Assembly (NCBI GenBank): GCA_951406725.2
Contig: OX597825.1
Coordinates: 70,866,001-70,930,000 of the forward strand
DNA from: Octopus vulgaris
Taxonomy: Eukaryota
DNA: 64,000 nucleotides
Reading direction: 5' to 3'
Shown here: positions 26,110 to 40,649 of the stretch, piece by piece
How the letters are laid out: each line of letters begins with the position of its first letter
Position numbering within the stretch: the stretch's first letter is position 1
Made by a program: the position numbers and the translations under genes
Notes under the pieces: generated by a model
What the model was told of the DNA's origin: nothing
The model's input: the letters and a program-made list of their open reading frames with translations, nothing else
The model's database searches: none

Positions 26110-26867
26110 TTATATATATATATGTGTGTATTTGTATTTATATCTATATATATATATGTATGTATTTGTATCTATCTATATATATATATATATATATATA
26201 GATATATATAGATAGATATAACTACAAATACATACATATACATATATATATATATATGTACTCTCGGAATGGTTAGCGTTAGGAAGGGTATCCAACTGTA
26301 GAAACTCTGCCAGATCAAGATTGGAGCCTGGTGCAGCCATTTGGCTCGCCAGCCCTCAGTCAAAATCGTCCAACCCATGCTAGCCAGGAAAGCGGACGTT
26401 AAACGATGATGATGATGATATATATATATACACATACACATATACAAATACATGAAAGTCTAGAGAGAGAGAGAGAGAGAGTACTAGACGGGGAACATGC
26501 CAAAAACAACTAACTATCTCTTTATCTCTTTGGAGAGAATAAAAGCTTAGCAAAGTGAAACACCTGCCATTTCTTAATTCCTCACGCACTGCTAAAGATC
26601 TCTCCACTTTCATAGTAACAGACCAACTAATCACGTTACATTGCACCAACTTGTTGCCATGTTTTTTTCTCTACAAACTAACTTCCATTCACTAAACTCT
26701 GTTGATTCAGTAAGAAATGCAATAATTGATCACCATTCACTGTTTTATCCCTACAAACATGATTTACATTAGAGCTGGCTGGCCGGCCGGCCGGCTGGTT
26801 ATTTGTTAAATACAGCGAGTCCCAAGTCAATAATCAAAGTACTGTACAATACATAATATAAATGTGG

Positions 26868-26957
<90 letters not shown>

Positions 26958-26974
26958 CATGTATGTATATATAT

Positions 26975-27398
26975 TCTTTTATTCTTTTACTTGCTTCAGT
27001 CAGTTTGACTGTGGCCATGCTGGAGCACTGCCTTTTAGTCACACAACTCAACCCCTGGGTTTATTTTTTCTAAGCCTGGTACTTATTCTATCAGTCTCTT
27101 TTGCCGAACCACTAGGTTACGGGGACGTAAACACACACACCAAGATCAGTTGTCAACCGATGGCGGAGGGACAAACACAGACACAAACATATTATATATA
27201 TATATATATATATATATAAAGAGAAAGAGAGAGAGAGAGAGAGATAAACACAACATGCTTTTTCAGGTTCCGTCAACCAAATTCACTTACAAAGCTTTGG
27301 TCTGCCCAAGGCTATAGTCAAAGACACTTGCCTATGGTGCCACGAAGTAGAACTGAACCTGGAACCATGTGGCTTACCACACAACCATGCCTGCACCT
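26975..27398 (-). mobile_element. SINE family A
   Basis: Family tail and head on the minus strand. Confidence 0.85.
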
Positions 27399-27780
27399 AT
27401 ATATATATAACTGTTGCACTTGCACTATTATTTCATGTTACGTTTGTCTGATAGACGAAAGACCTTTGTATTTGTATATGTACAATTCATTTTCGTTTCC
27501 TTCTATTGTATAGCCGAAGGGCGTTTGATTGTACATGTATAATTCTAGCTTTCTTATTTTAGTTTCTTTTCCTGTTTCCGTTCTTGTATACATTCATTTG
27601 CCTTTCCCAAAGGCTTAATGCTTTTAGCTTAAGTCCCTGGCACCCGCCAGATTCGAGTAGTATCGGAGATAAGTGAGCGAAACTACAAGGACATTGCAGA
27701 CTCCGACTGATGAGTAAATCAGCTGTGAATGATCCATGTATCTTGTTTTTGTTCTGTTTTGCCATTTGTTGTACTTCTGT

Positions 27781-28196
27781 CTTTTACTCTTTTACTTGTT
27801 TCAGTCATTTGACTGTGGCCATGCTGGAGCACGGGCTTTAATCAAGCAACTCGACCCCAGAACTTATTCTTTGTAAGCCCAGTACTTATTCTATCAGTCT
27901 CTTTTGCCGAAAAGCTAGGTGACGGGGACGTAAACACACCAGCATCGGTTGTCAAGCAACGCTAGGGAGACAAACACAGACACACAAACATATACACACA
28001 CATACATATATATATATACATATACATATATACGACAGGCTTCTTTCAGCTTCCGTCTACCAAATCCACTCACATGGCATTGGTCGGCCCGAGGCTACAG
28101 TAGAAGACACTTGCCCAAGATGCCACACAGTGGGACTGAACCCGGAACCATGTGGTTGGTAAGCAAGCTACTTACCACACAGCAACTCCTGCACCT
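27781..28196 (-). mobile_element. SINE family A, full length
   Basis: Close to consensus, short ctgtct direct repeat on both flanks. A deleted copy follows at ~28487-28770. Confidence 0.92.
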
Positions 28197-28843
28197 GTCT
28201 ATTTTTCCTCATGTTGTGCTTTGCTGGTTTACATTTGTTGTGTTCTTTTCTGTTCTACCTTTGACTTATATAATATAGAGCTATATATAGACTGAAAATA
28301 AATTAGTGGGTGGCTGGTTGGCTAACTGGTTGTCCCTTATTGTTTCCTAGATAGCTATTTCAATGTTTAGCATGCAATCTTATGGTGAGAAGCAAAAACT
28401 TAAGAAGCGGTTGGGTTTTTCCAATTTGCAAATGAATAGCATGTCAGGTAAATGAGCCAACAAGGAGCCCATATATATATATATATTCTTTTACTTGTTT
28501 CAGTCATTTGACTGTGGCCATCCTGGAGCACTGCCTTATAAGGTTTTAGTCAAAGAAATCAACCTCAGGACTACTTATTCGTTGTAAGCCAAGTACTTAT
28601 TCTATCAGTCTCTTTTGCCGAACCAGTAAGTTATGGGGATGTAAACACACCAACATTAGTTGTCAAATGATGATGAAGGACAAACATGCAGATACTTAAC
28701 TAAGGCGCCACGCAGCAGGACTGAACCCTGGACCATATGGTTGGGAAGGAAACTTCTTACCACACAGCCACACATACATACATGCATGCATGCATGCATG
28801 CATGCATACATACATACATACATACATACATACATACATACAT

Positions 28844-28955
<112 letters not shown>

Positions 28956-29357
28956 CAGCCAAATCTAAGCTTTGAAATGCCTGTACATAGTCATTTGACT
29001 TACTAGATATAACAGCCAAATCTAGTCCAAGGTGCCACACAGTGGGACCAGACTCAAAATTATATGATCACAAAGCAAACTTCTTAACCAAACAGCCATG
29101 CCAGCACCAAACTAAATTAACCAATTAAAATAGATTTGTTGATTGGAAACAAAAAGATCCATCAAGCTTCTAAATTCCTTTACAGATTAATTTTTGCACA
29201 CATATACAACTGAACTTGCAAAAATTTTATAATTAGTCAAAGGACTTTATAATGAGCTTACATCATTCTTTTCTAAATAATAGATCATGGATGTTCCAGT
29301 CGAGACCAACCTGTCTCTTATTCAGATATAGTGTATCTAGGACCACATTATCTAATG

Positions 29358-29966
29358 TTGTGGTTCTCAACCAGGATCCATATGGCCCTTCGGGGTCCAT
29401 ATAAGATGTTGTTGTTAAAATTTATGTACAATAAATTGCTTATAGTTCTTCTACATTACACAAAATATTTTAATTTTCTAATAAGATTCCTAATCTCTCT
29501 ATAAATAAAGCTAAAGTTGTCTGTGTATGGCATGTTTGGTAGCCTTCAACTAACACTATCTCCTCCGAGACCCTGCAGCGCAAGTTGACCAAAATTGAGA
29601 GTATGATAGAAGAAGGTTTGCTTTTTCCTTCCGTAGAAGAAAAAATTCAAATCGGACCATGTTAACACCAAAAATTATCTACATCAAAAAGGTGCTTTTT
29701 TTCTATGAAAATCCCTATTTTTTGACTGCTGTGTCGCCATTTTTCGGTGTATTTCAACCAGAAAAATGTTCCCTTAAAGAGAATAACATGCTACATAATG
29801 CAAAATTTTTACTTTTCAAAAATTCCAATTCTAAAGGGTCGAAACAAGCCCGAGCAATGCCAGGCGACACTGCTAGTTTTTTTAATAAAATTCCTAATAA
29901 TGTTAGCAAATGTCCATGGAGGTCCAGTAGAGTAAAGTAGGAATCAAAAATGTTTGTGAACCATTG
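29358..29966. mobile_element. hAT-type MITE (host of a Helitron)
   Basis: Ends gtggttctcaacc ... gtttgtgaaccattg resemble CAGTGGTTCTCAACC TIRs. Related sequence at 9412-9500, 49480-49709 and 60602-61292. Confidence 0.6.
29494..29876 (+). mobile_element. Non-autonomous Helitron
   Basis: A|TCTCTCTATA start, 3' hairpin cccgagcaatgccagg then CTAG|T. Near-identical to 44370-44756. Confidence 0.85.
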
Positions 29967-30338
29967 ATCTTAATGTGTCCTTCCCATTTTTTAAGAAAGA
30001 AGGGCGTGATTTTAATGCTGCAGTTTCTAGTAAATAGAGTAACTTGCATAGGGGCTTCCTCTCATTAACACCACATCAACACACACACACACACACAGCC
30101 TCTCTTGGCACATGTGTTGAAGTGTGTAAGAACTCAGTGACTGATACACCTTCCCAGATTTCCCAAATGTGAGAAGACTTAGAACTAACTATACTAATGT
30201 AGCACATATTCTGCTTCAAAGAGAGTTAACAGTTGCTCAGAGCTGAAATATTCTTTGACTCTTTTATATGAAGAATACGTAGTTCCATGAACCTGAGTTG
30301 CTGAAGAAAGATCCAATAAGATTTACTGAATTATTATG

Positions 30339-30386
<48 letters not shown>

Positions 30387-30389
30387 GTG

Positions 30390-30610
30390 AAGGTAGTGAG
30401 CTGACAGAATTATTAGCACACCCAGGCAAAATTCTTAGCAGTATTTCGTCTGCTGCTACATTCTGAGTTCAAATTCCACTGAGGTTAACTTTGCTTGTCA
30501 TCCTTTTGGGGTCGATGAAATAAGTACCAGTTACACACTGGGGTCGATGTAATAGGCTAGCCCCCCTCCCCTCAAAAATCTTCAAGGCCTTATGTCTAGA
30601 GTAGAAATAA
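30390..30610 (+). mobile_element. SINE family B
   Basis: Head ggtagtgagctgacagaattattagcac..., central domain, follows an (ATT)n tract. Confidence 0.8.
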
Positions 30611-32111
30611 TTATTATCATTTTTGAGGGAGAGAGCAGTGCATGCCATCAAAGTGATACTGGAGTACAAATATACAAAGCCCAATATATTCAGTTTCAAT
30701 CTACCAAATCCACTCACAAGGCTTTGGTCGGCCCGAGGCTATAGTAGAAGACACTTGCCCAAGGTGCCATGGAGTGGGACTGAACCCAGAACCATATGGT
30801 TGGTAAGCAAGCTATTTACCACACAGCCACTCCAACGCCCATGTATTTAACAGGCTTCCTTCCTATGCATATGTATTTAACAGGCTTCTTTCAGTTACTA
30901 TCAAACAAATCCACTCACAAGGCTATAGGCAGCCCAGAGCTAAAGCAGAAGACACTTGCCCACCCAAGGTGCAGCCACACTTAGAACTGAACTCAAAACC
31001 ACAAGGGGTGCAAAGCAAGCTTCTACATGACACAGCCATGCTTGCACTCAGTGAGAGGAATTCTTACAAAGTAACATTATACAGGTGGAAAGAGGCATTT
31101 AATTCTCAAGGGTATGATGAGGATGGGAAGTTTTGGGAAAGGTTTTGCCTGGTTCCTAATAATTTGTTTTCTTTTTGTTTCCTTTTTTTCCCCTTTTTTC
31201 TCTACATTTTGGGTTAAATTACACAAAACTGCAAGAACTACTTCCTTAAAATATATATTTCTATCAAATTTCTGAAGATGGTTTTTCTGAAGGTAGACAC
31301 ATTTAGATTTGGTTTGTTTTGTTGTTTGGTATTTTTGGGGTTTTTTTTTTTCATTTATTTATTTATTTATTTATTGCTTTTTGTGGTTTGTCTGCTTCTT
31401 TTTTGTTTTGTTTTTAATGGTAAGCACACATATGGAAAACACTGACAACTAGGAACATTCTATATAAAGCAAATTTTGGGGAAGATGGATACCTTGACAT
31501 TTGACCCAGGGTGAGGAAGGAAGCAGAGGGTGGAGGAGAGAAGGAGATGAATGTGGAACAAGGAGAAGGAGAGTAAAAGATAGAAAAGACAAAAAAATAA
31601 GAAACATTCAGGAAGGTAACAGTTGAGGAAATCACTGCTTTGGATGAAGAAGAGGGGAAGCAAAAGAAAAGGGAAAAAAAAGAGTAGCAGCGAATGTAAA
31701 AATAGAACAGTTCTTTGGAAGTGTAGGAGGAATAGGGGTGGAGGGTAGAACACCGTTTTTTTTTTTTTTTCTCCTTCTTGGAAAGAGACAAAATCAGAGA
31801 ATGTGTGTGTGAGTGAGTGTGTGTACATGTGCTTCATTTATAAAGTACAAGTGCAAAGCAAAAGTCAACAATATTATAGATGTGTGTGCATCATTATATA
31901 TATATATATACACAAAAATATATATATATATACACACACATACATATATATGTATATACATTTACATAGATATAAGTATATATCTATATACATAACACAT
32001 ACATATACTTACATATATGTATATACATGTACATACATATATGTACGTATGTATGTATGTATATACACACACATATACATCAATACATGTATGTGTATGT
32101 ATATATATATA

Positions 32112-32154
<43 letters not shown>

Positions 32155-32211
32155 AAGCATACGTATATACATGTATGTTATATATATAAATATATTTTAT
32201 ATGTATGTATG

Positions 32212-32380
<169 letters not shown>

Positions 32381-32395
32381 CATGCATACATATGT

Positions 32396-32434
<39 letters not shown>

Positions 32435-32839
32435 ATGGGAATAGGAAATAGAACTCCAAGCTGTCAGGTTTGTCTTAATTTCACTATTAACACACATTGA
32501 ATGACTCTGAAAAGAGATTATTTTATTATGTGCATTTTTTTTTTTTGTTTTTGTTTTCCATTTCTTTGTGGGTTTTTTTTTTTTTGAGTTTTGTTTTTTT
32601 GCTTTTGTAGTTATTTTGCAATGAAATCTGGATAGATTTGATTGAAAAACAACAAGAACAATTTTCATGAAATGTATACAAATGAGATTGAACAAGTGTT
32701 CACTGCTTCCAGTCAAAATGCACATTGCAGGTGGGGGGGGGGGGGAGCCAAAACAGAAGCTTGCTATGTAATTAAACAAGGTAAACAATGTATACAGATA
32801 TATATATACAAAAACAGATTCTCACATACTCACATAAAC

Positions 32840-32879
<40 letters not shown>

Positions 32880-33741
32880 ATGTATATATATATATATATA
32901 TACATATATATATAGACATATATATCTATATACACACACATATATACACAAGCACATATACATTTACTCATATATATCTGTATACATACATACATATAGA
33001 TACATACATACAAACACACACACACATATATACACACACACATATATACACACACACACATACACACATACACACACAGAGGCATAGACACACACAGGCA
33101 TACACACATACATACATACATACATACATACATACATGCACACACATGCACACACATGCACATACATACACAAGACATATGCAAGTCATCACCATCATTT
33201 TAAAACGTATTTTCCCATATTATCAGGCCTGCATGAGTCAGACAGACTATATTGAAGCAGGCCTTCTATGGCCAGATGCCCAACCTATCTTCAACCCTTA
33301 CCCTTTTCCAAGAAAGTCAATGTTACCCCATTGCCAGATGTATTTCCACAGCAAATTGGAAACAAAGAACACCATTGGATGTCGGCAACACTTCTTTACG
33401 ACCATTACATGATTTCAAGACAAGAAAACACACACACACACACAGATATATATATATATATACGTAGATACACAGAAAGCCTCTTTCAGCTTCTGATTGC
33501 CATTCACAAGGTTTCGGTCACTCCAGGGTTATAGCTTAAGAGACTAGCCAGAAGTACTTTGCAGCGGGACTGAACTCAAAACTATATGGTTGAGAAGCAA
33601 ACTTCTTAACCACACAGCCAAGCCTATCATATATGTGTATGCATATATATATATACATATACATATATATATATATATACAGGCACACAAACACACACAC
33701 ACACATATATATATATAAAAACATATGCATATGGTGCTCGA

Positions 33742-34086
33742 ATGGCTGTGTGGTAAGTAGCTTGCTTCCCAACCACATGGTTCCAGGTTCAGTCCCACTG
33801 CGTGACACCAAAGCCTTGAGAGTGGATTTGGTAGACAGAAACTGAAAGAAGCCCATCAAATATGTGTGTGTGCGTATATATACATGTGTCTGTCTGTGTC
33901 TGCGTGTTTGTGGTCCCCCCACCCCACCCTTCCATCATCGCTTGACAACTGATGCTGGTATGTTCACGTCCCTGTAATTTAGCGGTTCGGCAAAAGAGAC
34001 CGATAGAATAAGTACTAGGCTTACAAAGAATAAGTGCTGGGGTGCTCCAGCGTGGCCGCAGTCAAATAACTGAAACAAATAAAAGA

Positions 34087-34087
<1 letters not shown>
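33742..34087 (+). mobile_element. SINE family A
   Basis: Family head and tail, two internal deletions. Confidence 0.85.
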
Positions 34088-34155
<68 letters not shown>

Positions 34156-35587
34156 AACTCACAGACACACGTACAAGACATCTGACATTCCGCTTTATAT
34201 AAATTTCACGCCCACATACACACACACATATGCACGTACTCACACATGCACTTTCTCACAGAAACACAAAGGAAACAGCCAAAATCTAAGAATGGTACAG
34301 GAAACCTGGAAGTTATCAAGTCAATATTTTCTAAAAGACTGTTTAGAAGATTGGATACGGAGGACAAGAGAAGAATAGTACACATGCATTGTGGGAGTGG
34401 CATATTATAATCCATTTTAAAGAATTGCAAATTTCTTATTATAATGAGATTAATTTTAAAGCTTAGATTATTAATTATTTAAATAACCAGACTATGTTCT
34501 TATTTCCATCCTTTGTAACCAACACAAAAACTTTACTATTAAGTCCTTGGCTTTACCATTTAATGACTACTTTTCTGTGCTTATATGGGTCAGATGGAAT
34601 TCATTGAGGATGAATTTCTATGGCTGGATGCCCTTCCTGTTGCCAACCCTCACCTGATTTCTTGTAAGGTAATATTTCCGCATGATTAGACATGTTTACA
34701 TGGAGAATTAGAAACGAGACACCACTTGTATGACGATGACGGGGACCTCATTTACGACTATCAGGAAATGTCAAGGCAATGAGATAGTAACACAGACACA
34801 CACACAAACACATATATATATAAAGTTATGAATGACAGAGAAATATTACGATGTAACAAATTGTTTCATAACTGCCCAGTCCAGGAATCGAAACCACAGT
34901 ACTGAGATCACGAGAGCAACACCCCCAACCACAAAGATACATGCCTTCACCCCTTTCACTGTTGGTTGTGGGTCTTTAACAAAAATACACAACTGCGGCT
35001 TTGTATAAAAAAAAAATTAACATGCAGTGGGACTGAACCTGAAACCACATGGTTAGAAAGCAAACTTCTTAACCGCATAGCCATGGCTGCAGCCTGTATT
35101 GCACCACATTTGAATCCTTTCTACTATAAGCACAAGGCCTGGAATTTTGTTGGGAGGAAGGGCCTAATTGATTACATCCATCTCGAGGCTCAACTGGTAC
35201 TTATTTATTTTATCAACCCCTCAGCAGAATTTGAACTCAAAACATAAGCCATAGGAAATACTGCTAAGCATTTTATCCAGCACAGAAACAATGTTGCCAG
35301 CTCACTACCTTTGCACTCTTTAATAATATTTGTTTTTTTACATTCATCTCATTCTCAATGAATATTTTCCTTTTGTTTTTGTTTTTTGTTTTACTTTTCT
35401 ATCATTTAATCTCTTAAATCACTTCTAAACCATGTACCTCCATGAGTTGACTTATCTCCACACCCCTTCACATACATACATACATACACACACATATAAC
35501 TATATATAAACATATACATACACACAGACATACATACATACATATATACACATACATACATATACCCACGTACACACATACATATAT

Positions 35588-35990
35588 CTCTTTTACTCTT
35601 TTACTTGTTTCAGTAATAAGACTGTGGCCATGCTGGAGCACCGCCTTCAGTTGAGCAATTCGACCCCAGGACTTATTCTTGTAAGCCTAATACTTATTCT
35701 ATCGGTTTCTTTTGCCAAACCACTAAGTTACGGGGACATAAATACACCAGTATCGGTTGTCAAGCAATGTTGGGGTAGGGGTGGGGGACAAACACAGACA
35801 CACACACACACACAAATACATATATACGACGGGCTTCTTTCAGTTTCCGTCTACCAAATCCATTCACAAGGCTTTGGTTGGCCCGAGGCTATAGTAGAAG
35901 ACACTTGCCCAAGGTGCCACGCAGTGGGACTGAACCTGGAACCATGTGGTTCGTAAGCAAGCTACTTACCACACAGCCACTCCTACGCCT
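35588..35990 (-). mobile_element. SINE family A, full length
   Basis: Close to consensus. Confidence 0.92.
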
Positions 35991-36013
35991 ATATATACAA
36001 ACACACACATATG

Positions 36014-36061
<48 letters not shown>

Positions 36062-36470
36062 TACACATTAGCAGCAACTAAGTCTTAAGGAGAACTGTCG
36101 CTGTAACAGCTAAGTGGTGGCTACAACATATCTGTTTGTTAGAGAGAGAGAGATGGCTGAAACTAAACCAGGTCCTTTCTAGGACAAAAATGGTTTGAAT
36201 ACAGCCAGTATCGGTTTACATGGCTACAAATTAAGGAAGCAATGAGAGCCACCAAGTAGCCAACCAGCAAACCAGTGAATCAGGGAAGCAACTAGTAAAC
36301 TGATTGAAAACTGATAACACAATTAGATATATGATAATCAGAAGATCAAATAAAGCCAGAGATATTTATACCATATTGGATAAGAGGAGCCACTGATAAA
36401 AGCCTATATGTGGTAACTCAACATGCTAAAAATAGCAACCAAATCCCTCTCAGATCATTTTTTAAAAAAA

Positions 36471-36754
36471 GCAGCTCCCATGACTTTCAGAAACATTTTT
36501 TCATACTAAGAGTTGCTGAAGCATGGAACAAACTGCCAGCATCATTTGTTAGTTGTCGGAGCACTGCATCCTTCAAAACTTCCATGCTTCCTGAGATTCG
36601 CCAACACTACACCTGATTTTCTCCCCTCCATACACACACAGGCATGTATCTGACTCATACACTGTTCACTTCCCAGACATTTGTACATTACTGCATATGC
36701 TTTATACGCACTTTTGACAAGTTGTGGTGCACCTGAGCACTGTATACAATAATT

Positions 36755-36811
<57 letters not shown>
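36471..36811 (+). mobile_element. 5'-truncated CR1/L2-group LINE 3' end
   Basis: Encodes KHFFILRVAEAWNKLPASFVSCRSTASFK (CR1-type ORF2 C-terminal FFxxRVxxxWNxLPxxVVxxxSxxxFK), followed by a 3' UTR and an (ATT)n tail. Confidence 0.85.
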
Positions 36812-36813
<2 letters not shown>

Positions 36814-37689
36814 AAAGCAGTGACAGAATACACCCCTGATGCACTCCCATAACAATGTCAAACCACAGCAGTGTTTCCAGTTTTGCTTTTGACCCAGCAG
36901 AACTGGATCTGCAGGAAATATCAGCCAAATTTCATTCAAATCACATGTTATCTTATGAAGGGAAGGATACAAGCACTTACTCACACATGTGCATCACAGG
37001 AACTTCTGCCTACCAAATTCAATCACTGCCCAAGATGCCATGCAGTGGGACTGAACCTGAAAGCATGTGGTTGAGAAATGAGCTTCCTACCCACACAGCT
37101 GTACCTTATAGTCCAACATGTTCTGTGTCCAAAAAAGTAGGTAGTTTTGCATCAAGGAAGCAGTAGTCTCAGACGGTTTGATATCAAAAGAGTTCTTAAA
37201 CCAAGCTACATATGGTCCATGTTGAAACGTCTTTGAAAAATAACAAAACCAAATGGGTAGGAAGTTTGTGAGAAAAGGTCTGTAGAAATTCCACTTGTTT
37301 ACATAGACATATATACATACATACATACATACATACATACATACATACATACATACACACACACACATATACATACACACACATACATACATACATACAT
37401 ACATACATACACATACACAGACAAAAACACATGCACACATATACATTTATGCATACACACACTTATACATACATAACACCAAACAATACAGTTTAGCATG
37501 TTAACATGTAACTAGTCTAACTAGTAGCCAAAAACTGCATGCCTACACACACACATACACACATACACACACATACATACACACACACATACATACATAC
37601 ACGCACACACACATACACACACACACATACATACACACATACACACACACACATACACACATACACACACACACATACACATACACACG

Positions 37690-37724
<35 letters not shown>

Positions 37725-38217
37725 CATGCTTGCATCGTGTGTGTCTTGCTCATCAGTCTTTAATCCTCTTAATCATAATGTGGCTGAGGATCGGTAAGCT
37801 ACTGATACGTTTTTTAAATTTTTTTTTTTCTTTTTAAGACAGAAAAAGGTAGGGTAGGTCTGAATAACGACAAAAACATCCAAATAAGACCAACCCACAA
37901 GAACACACACACACACACACACACACAACACATACAAGCAAGTAACCCACATAAATATAGATACGTACGTACGCATGGGTTTATTTGAACAAGGCACATG
38001 CTGGAAAGCAAATATCAACCACATGTAATAAATACATGTCAGCAAAGAACAGTTTGTATTATTTGCCGAAGGAAACCTGCCTTCCACAAAATACAAACAA
38101 GCATTAGCAAACTCAAGCACTAATCTTTACTTTTAAATATCAAACATTATTTTTTTTTTTTTGAAGAAAAACAAAAATAGACAGACCTTGATATTCTCTT
38201 CAACCAACACATAAAAG

Positions 38218-38663
38218 GGATCTTTTCGGTTTGACCGGCAGTTTTTAAAAATATTTAAAATAATTTCCACGTAACTAAACACTTTTAAACATCGTATACT
38301 GGTCAAATGTGTTTATAAAACATCTTTTTCTCTTGGCTTTATTGAGAAAATTCTATAGTTTGAAAGATATTTGTTGTTTTTTTTTTCTTCAATTTCTGCA
38401 ATTTCAACCAATCAATGACGTCTATTAAGGTGAAAACATTCTGTGCCGTATGAATATGTCCCTCATTTAAAAAACAGATTGGGTTTATTTACATTTCTGA
38501 AGAAAAAAAGATACCCTTCCTCCCAACCCTAACCCTAAACCTAACTCTAACCCTAGCACTAAAACAGATTGAAATGCAATAGATCGATACTAGGGTCATA
38601 GTTATGGGTGACAATTTCATATGACACCGCTAGAAAAAACTGCTGGTCAAACCGAAAAGATCC
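38218..38663. mobile_element. MITE with 29-bp TIRs, probably Merlin superfamily
   Basis: TIR ggatcttttcggtttgacc(g/a)gcagttttt at both ends (1 mismatch), 8-bp TSD cataaaag/tataaaag, internal (taaccc)n-like tract. Confidence 0.85.
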
Positions 38664-38834
38664 TATAAAAGTAACATCTTGCTTTCCAAGAGAGTGAGCA
38701 AGGCACTACATGGTCACTTGATCTGCTAAAAATACCGGCGAGTTTCCTTCGATTAACATGCTAGCATTTTAGATCAGGAAAGGACATCAACCCTTTGGCA
38801 TTCAGAGTATTCTGTCAAATGTAAAAAGAGAGTC

Positions 38835-39166
38835 AGGAGTCCCTTTGGTCAAGAATGACCATGGGATTGCACCTAGAAAGTTAGCCTCCAAAGCACAAGT
38901 CCAGGTTAAGGTAGTTTATGGAAGACAAGCAGTCACCCATGCATACCTCTCCACACCACCAATGTTATCCCAAGGGAAAGACAAAGGCTGATACATCTTG
39001 GCACCAGTGACATTGCAACTCATTTCTACAGATGAGTGAACTGCAGCAACATGAAATAAAGTGTCTTGCACAAGAACACAACACATAGCCCAGTCCGGGA
39101 ATCAAACTCACTACCTCTTGATTGTGAGCCCCACGCTCTAACCACTGAGCCATGCACCAAGGCGCA
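38835..39166 (-). mobile_element. SINE family D (tRNA-derived)
   Basis: Reverse complement of the 40180-40510 and 61899-62225 copies. Confidence 0.8.
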
Positions 39167-39219
39167 TGGCTGTCAAATGTATGTATGTATGTATATATAT
39201 ATATATATACATACATACA

Positions 39220-39252
<33 letters not shown>

Positions 39253-39889
39253 TCATACACACACACACACACAAACAAGCAGACAGATATAGATATGTCA
39301 AATTCACTCATAAGGCTTTGATCAGCCCAGGGTGATAGTAGAAGACACTTGCCCAGGGTGCCACATAATGGGACTGAACCCAAAACCATGTTGTTGGGAA
39401 GCAAGTTTCTAACCACCTAGGCACGCCTGTGCCTGTGCTAAAACTGCCAAGTTTGTTTTTCCCACAAAATATATTATAAAAAACATAGGGGTGCGTCTTG
39501 TGCGAGAGTGGCTCTTATATGTCAGCAAATACAATAATCCATAACAGATGAAGAACATTATGGATTTGAACGGTGCTTATGTCTTTTGGAAGCAAAACAC
39601 TGAAGAAACTAAATTCTGATGGGAAGAAAACCTGGTGTTTATGCTTGGAAGCAAAAGTCAAGAAAAACTTGATCAGGGCCAGCTCGGGTGGTGAGAAGCT
39701 AACAACAACATCTACTACAAAGAACAGACACAATTGAATTTTTGGAGAGTAGAAAAAGAGGGTAAAAAAAAAAAAAGATTGTTTACAAAGTTTCCATGGG
39801 GGAAATATATTGCAATATGGGAAGATTCACTTGATACGTCTTATACATGTTTATGTTTCAAAGCATATCAGAATATTAAGGAGTGTTTA

Positions 39890-39926
<37 letters not shown>

Positions 39927-40179
39927 AATATAATGATATATATAATGGATGTATATATAAAGAAAAAGATATATGAACCAGATAATTTAGATATGAATAA
40001 AAAATAGCAGAGATGAACGACAGTATGGTTTGCATTAACTTTAGGTTATTATATATATATATATATATTCAATACACAGGAGGAAACTATCAGATTAAAA
40101 GATAAAGCAATGAAACAAAAGCATTCTTCATATATGTGTGTGTGTGGGTGTGTGAGAGAGAGAGAGAGAGAGAGTAGAG

Positions 40180-40510
40180 TGAAGGCACATGGCTCAGTGG
40201 TTAGAGTGTCAGGCTCACAGTCATGAGGCAGTGAGTTCAATTCCCAGAACCAGGTTGTGTATTGTGTTCTTGAGCAAGACACTTTATTTCACGTTGCTCC
40301 AGTTCACTCAGCTGTAGAAATGAGTCGCGATGTAACTGGTGCCAAGCTGTATTGGCCTTTGCCATTCCCTTGGATAACATCAGTGGTGTGGAGACAGGGA
40401 TGCTGGTATGCATGGGCTGATCTTCCATAAACAACCTTGCCCGGACCTGTGCCTCAGAAACGAACTTTCTAGGTGGAATTCGATGGTCATTTATCACCAA
40501 AGGAGATCTC
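40180..40510 (+). mobile_element. SINE family D (tRNA-derived)
   Basis: Head ggcacatggctcagtggttagag...gagttcaattcc, then tgtgttcttgagcaagacactttatttcacgttgctccagttcactcagctg. Confidence 0.85.
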
Positions 40511-40649
40511 TTGCTTGTATATGTAGATACACAATCATTTTCTATATACATATTCACACACATACACACACACACACAATGGCCTTACCAAGTGAAAACA
40601 CTAAATATCAGTCAATACAAGACAGCAGAAGAAGACTCTTTTATTGTTT

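Noticed and set aside
27700-27730. ctgatgag hammerhead core-like 8-mer
   Set aside because: No downstream GAAA box or helices in the correct order
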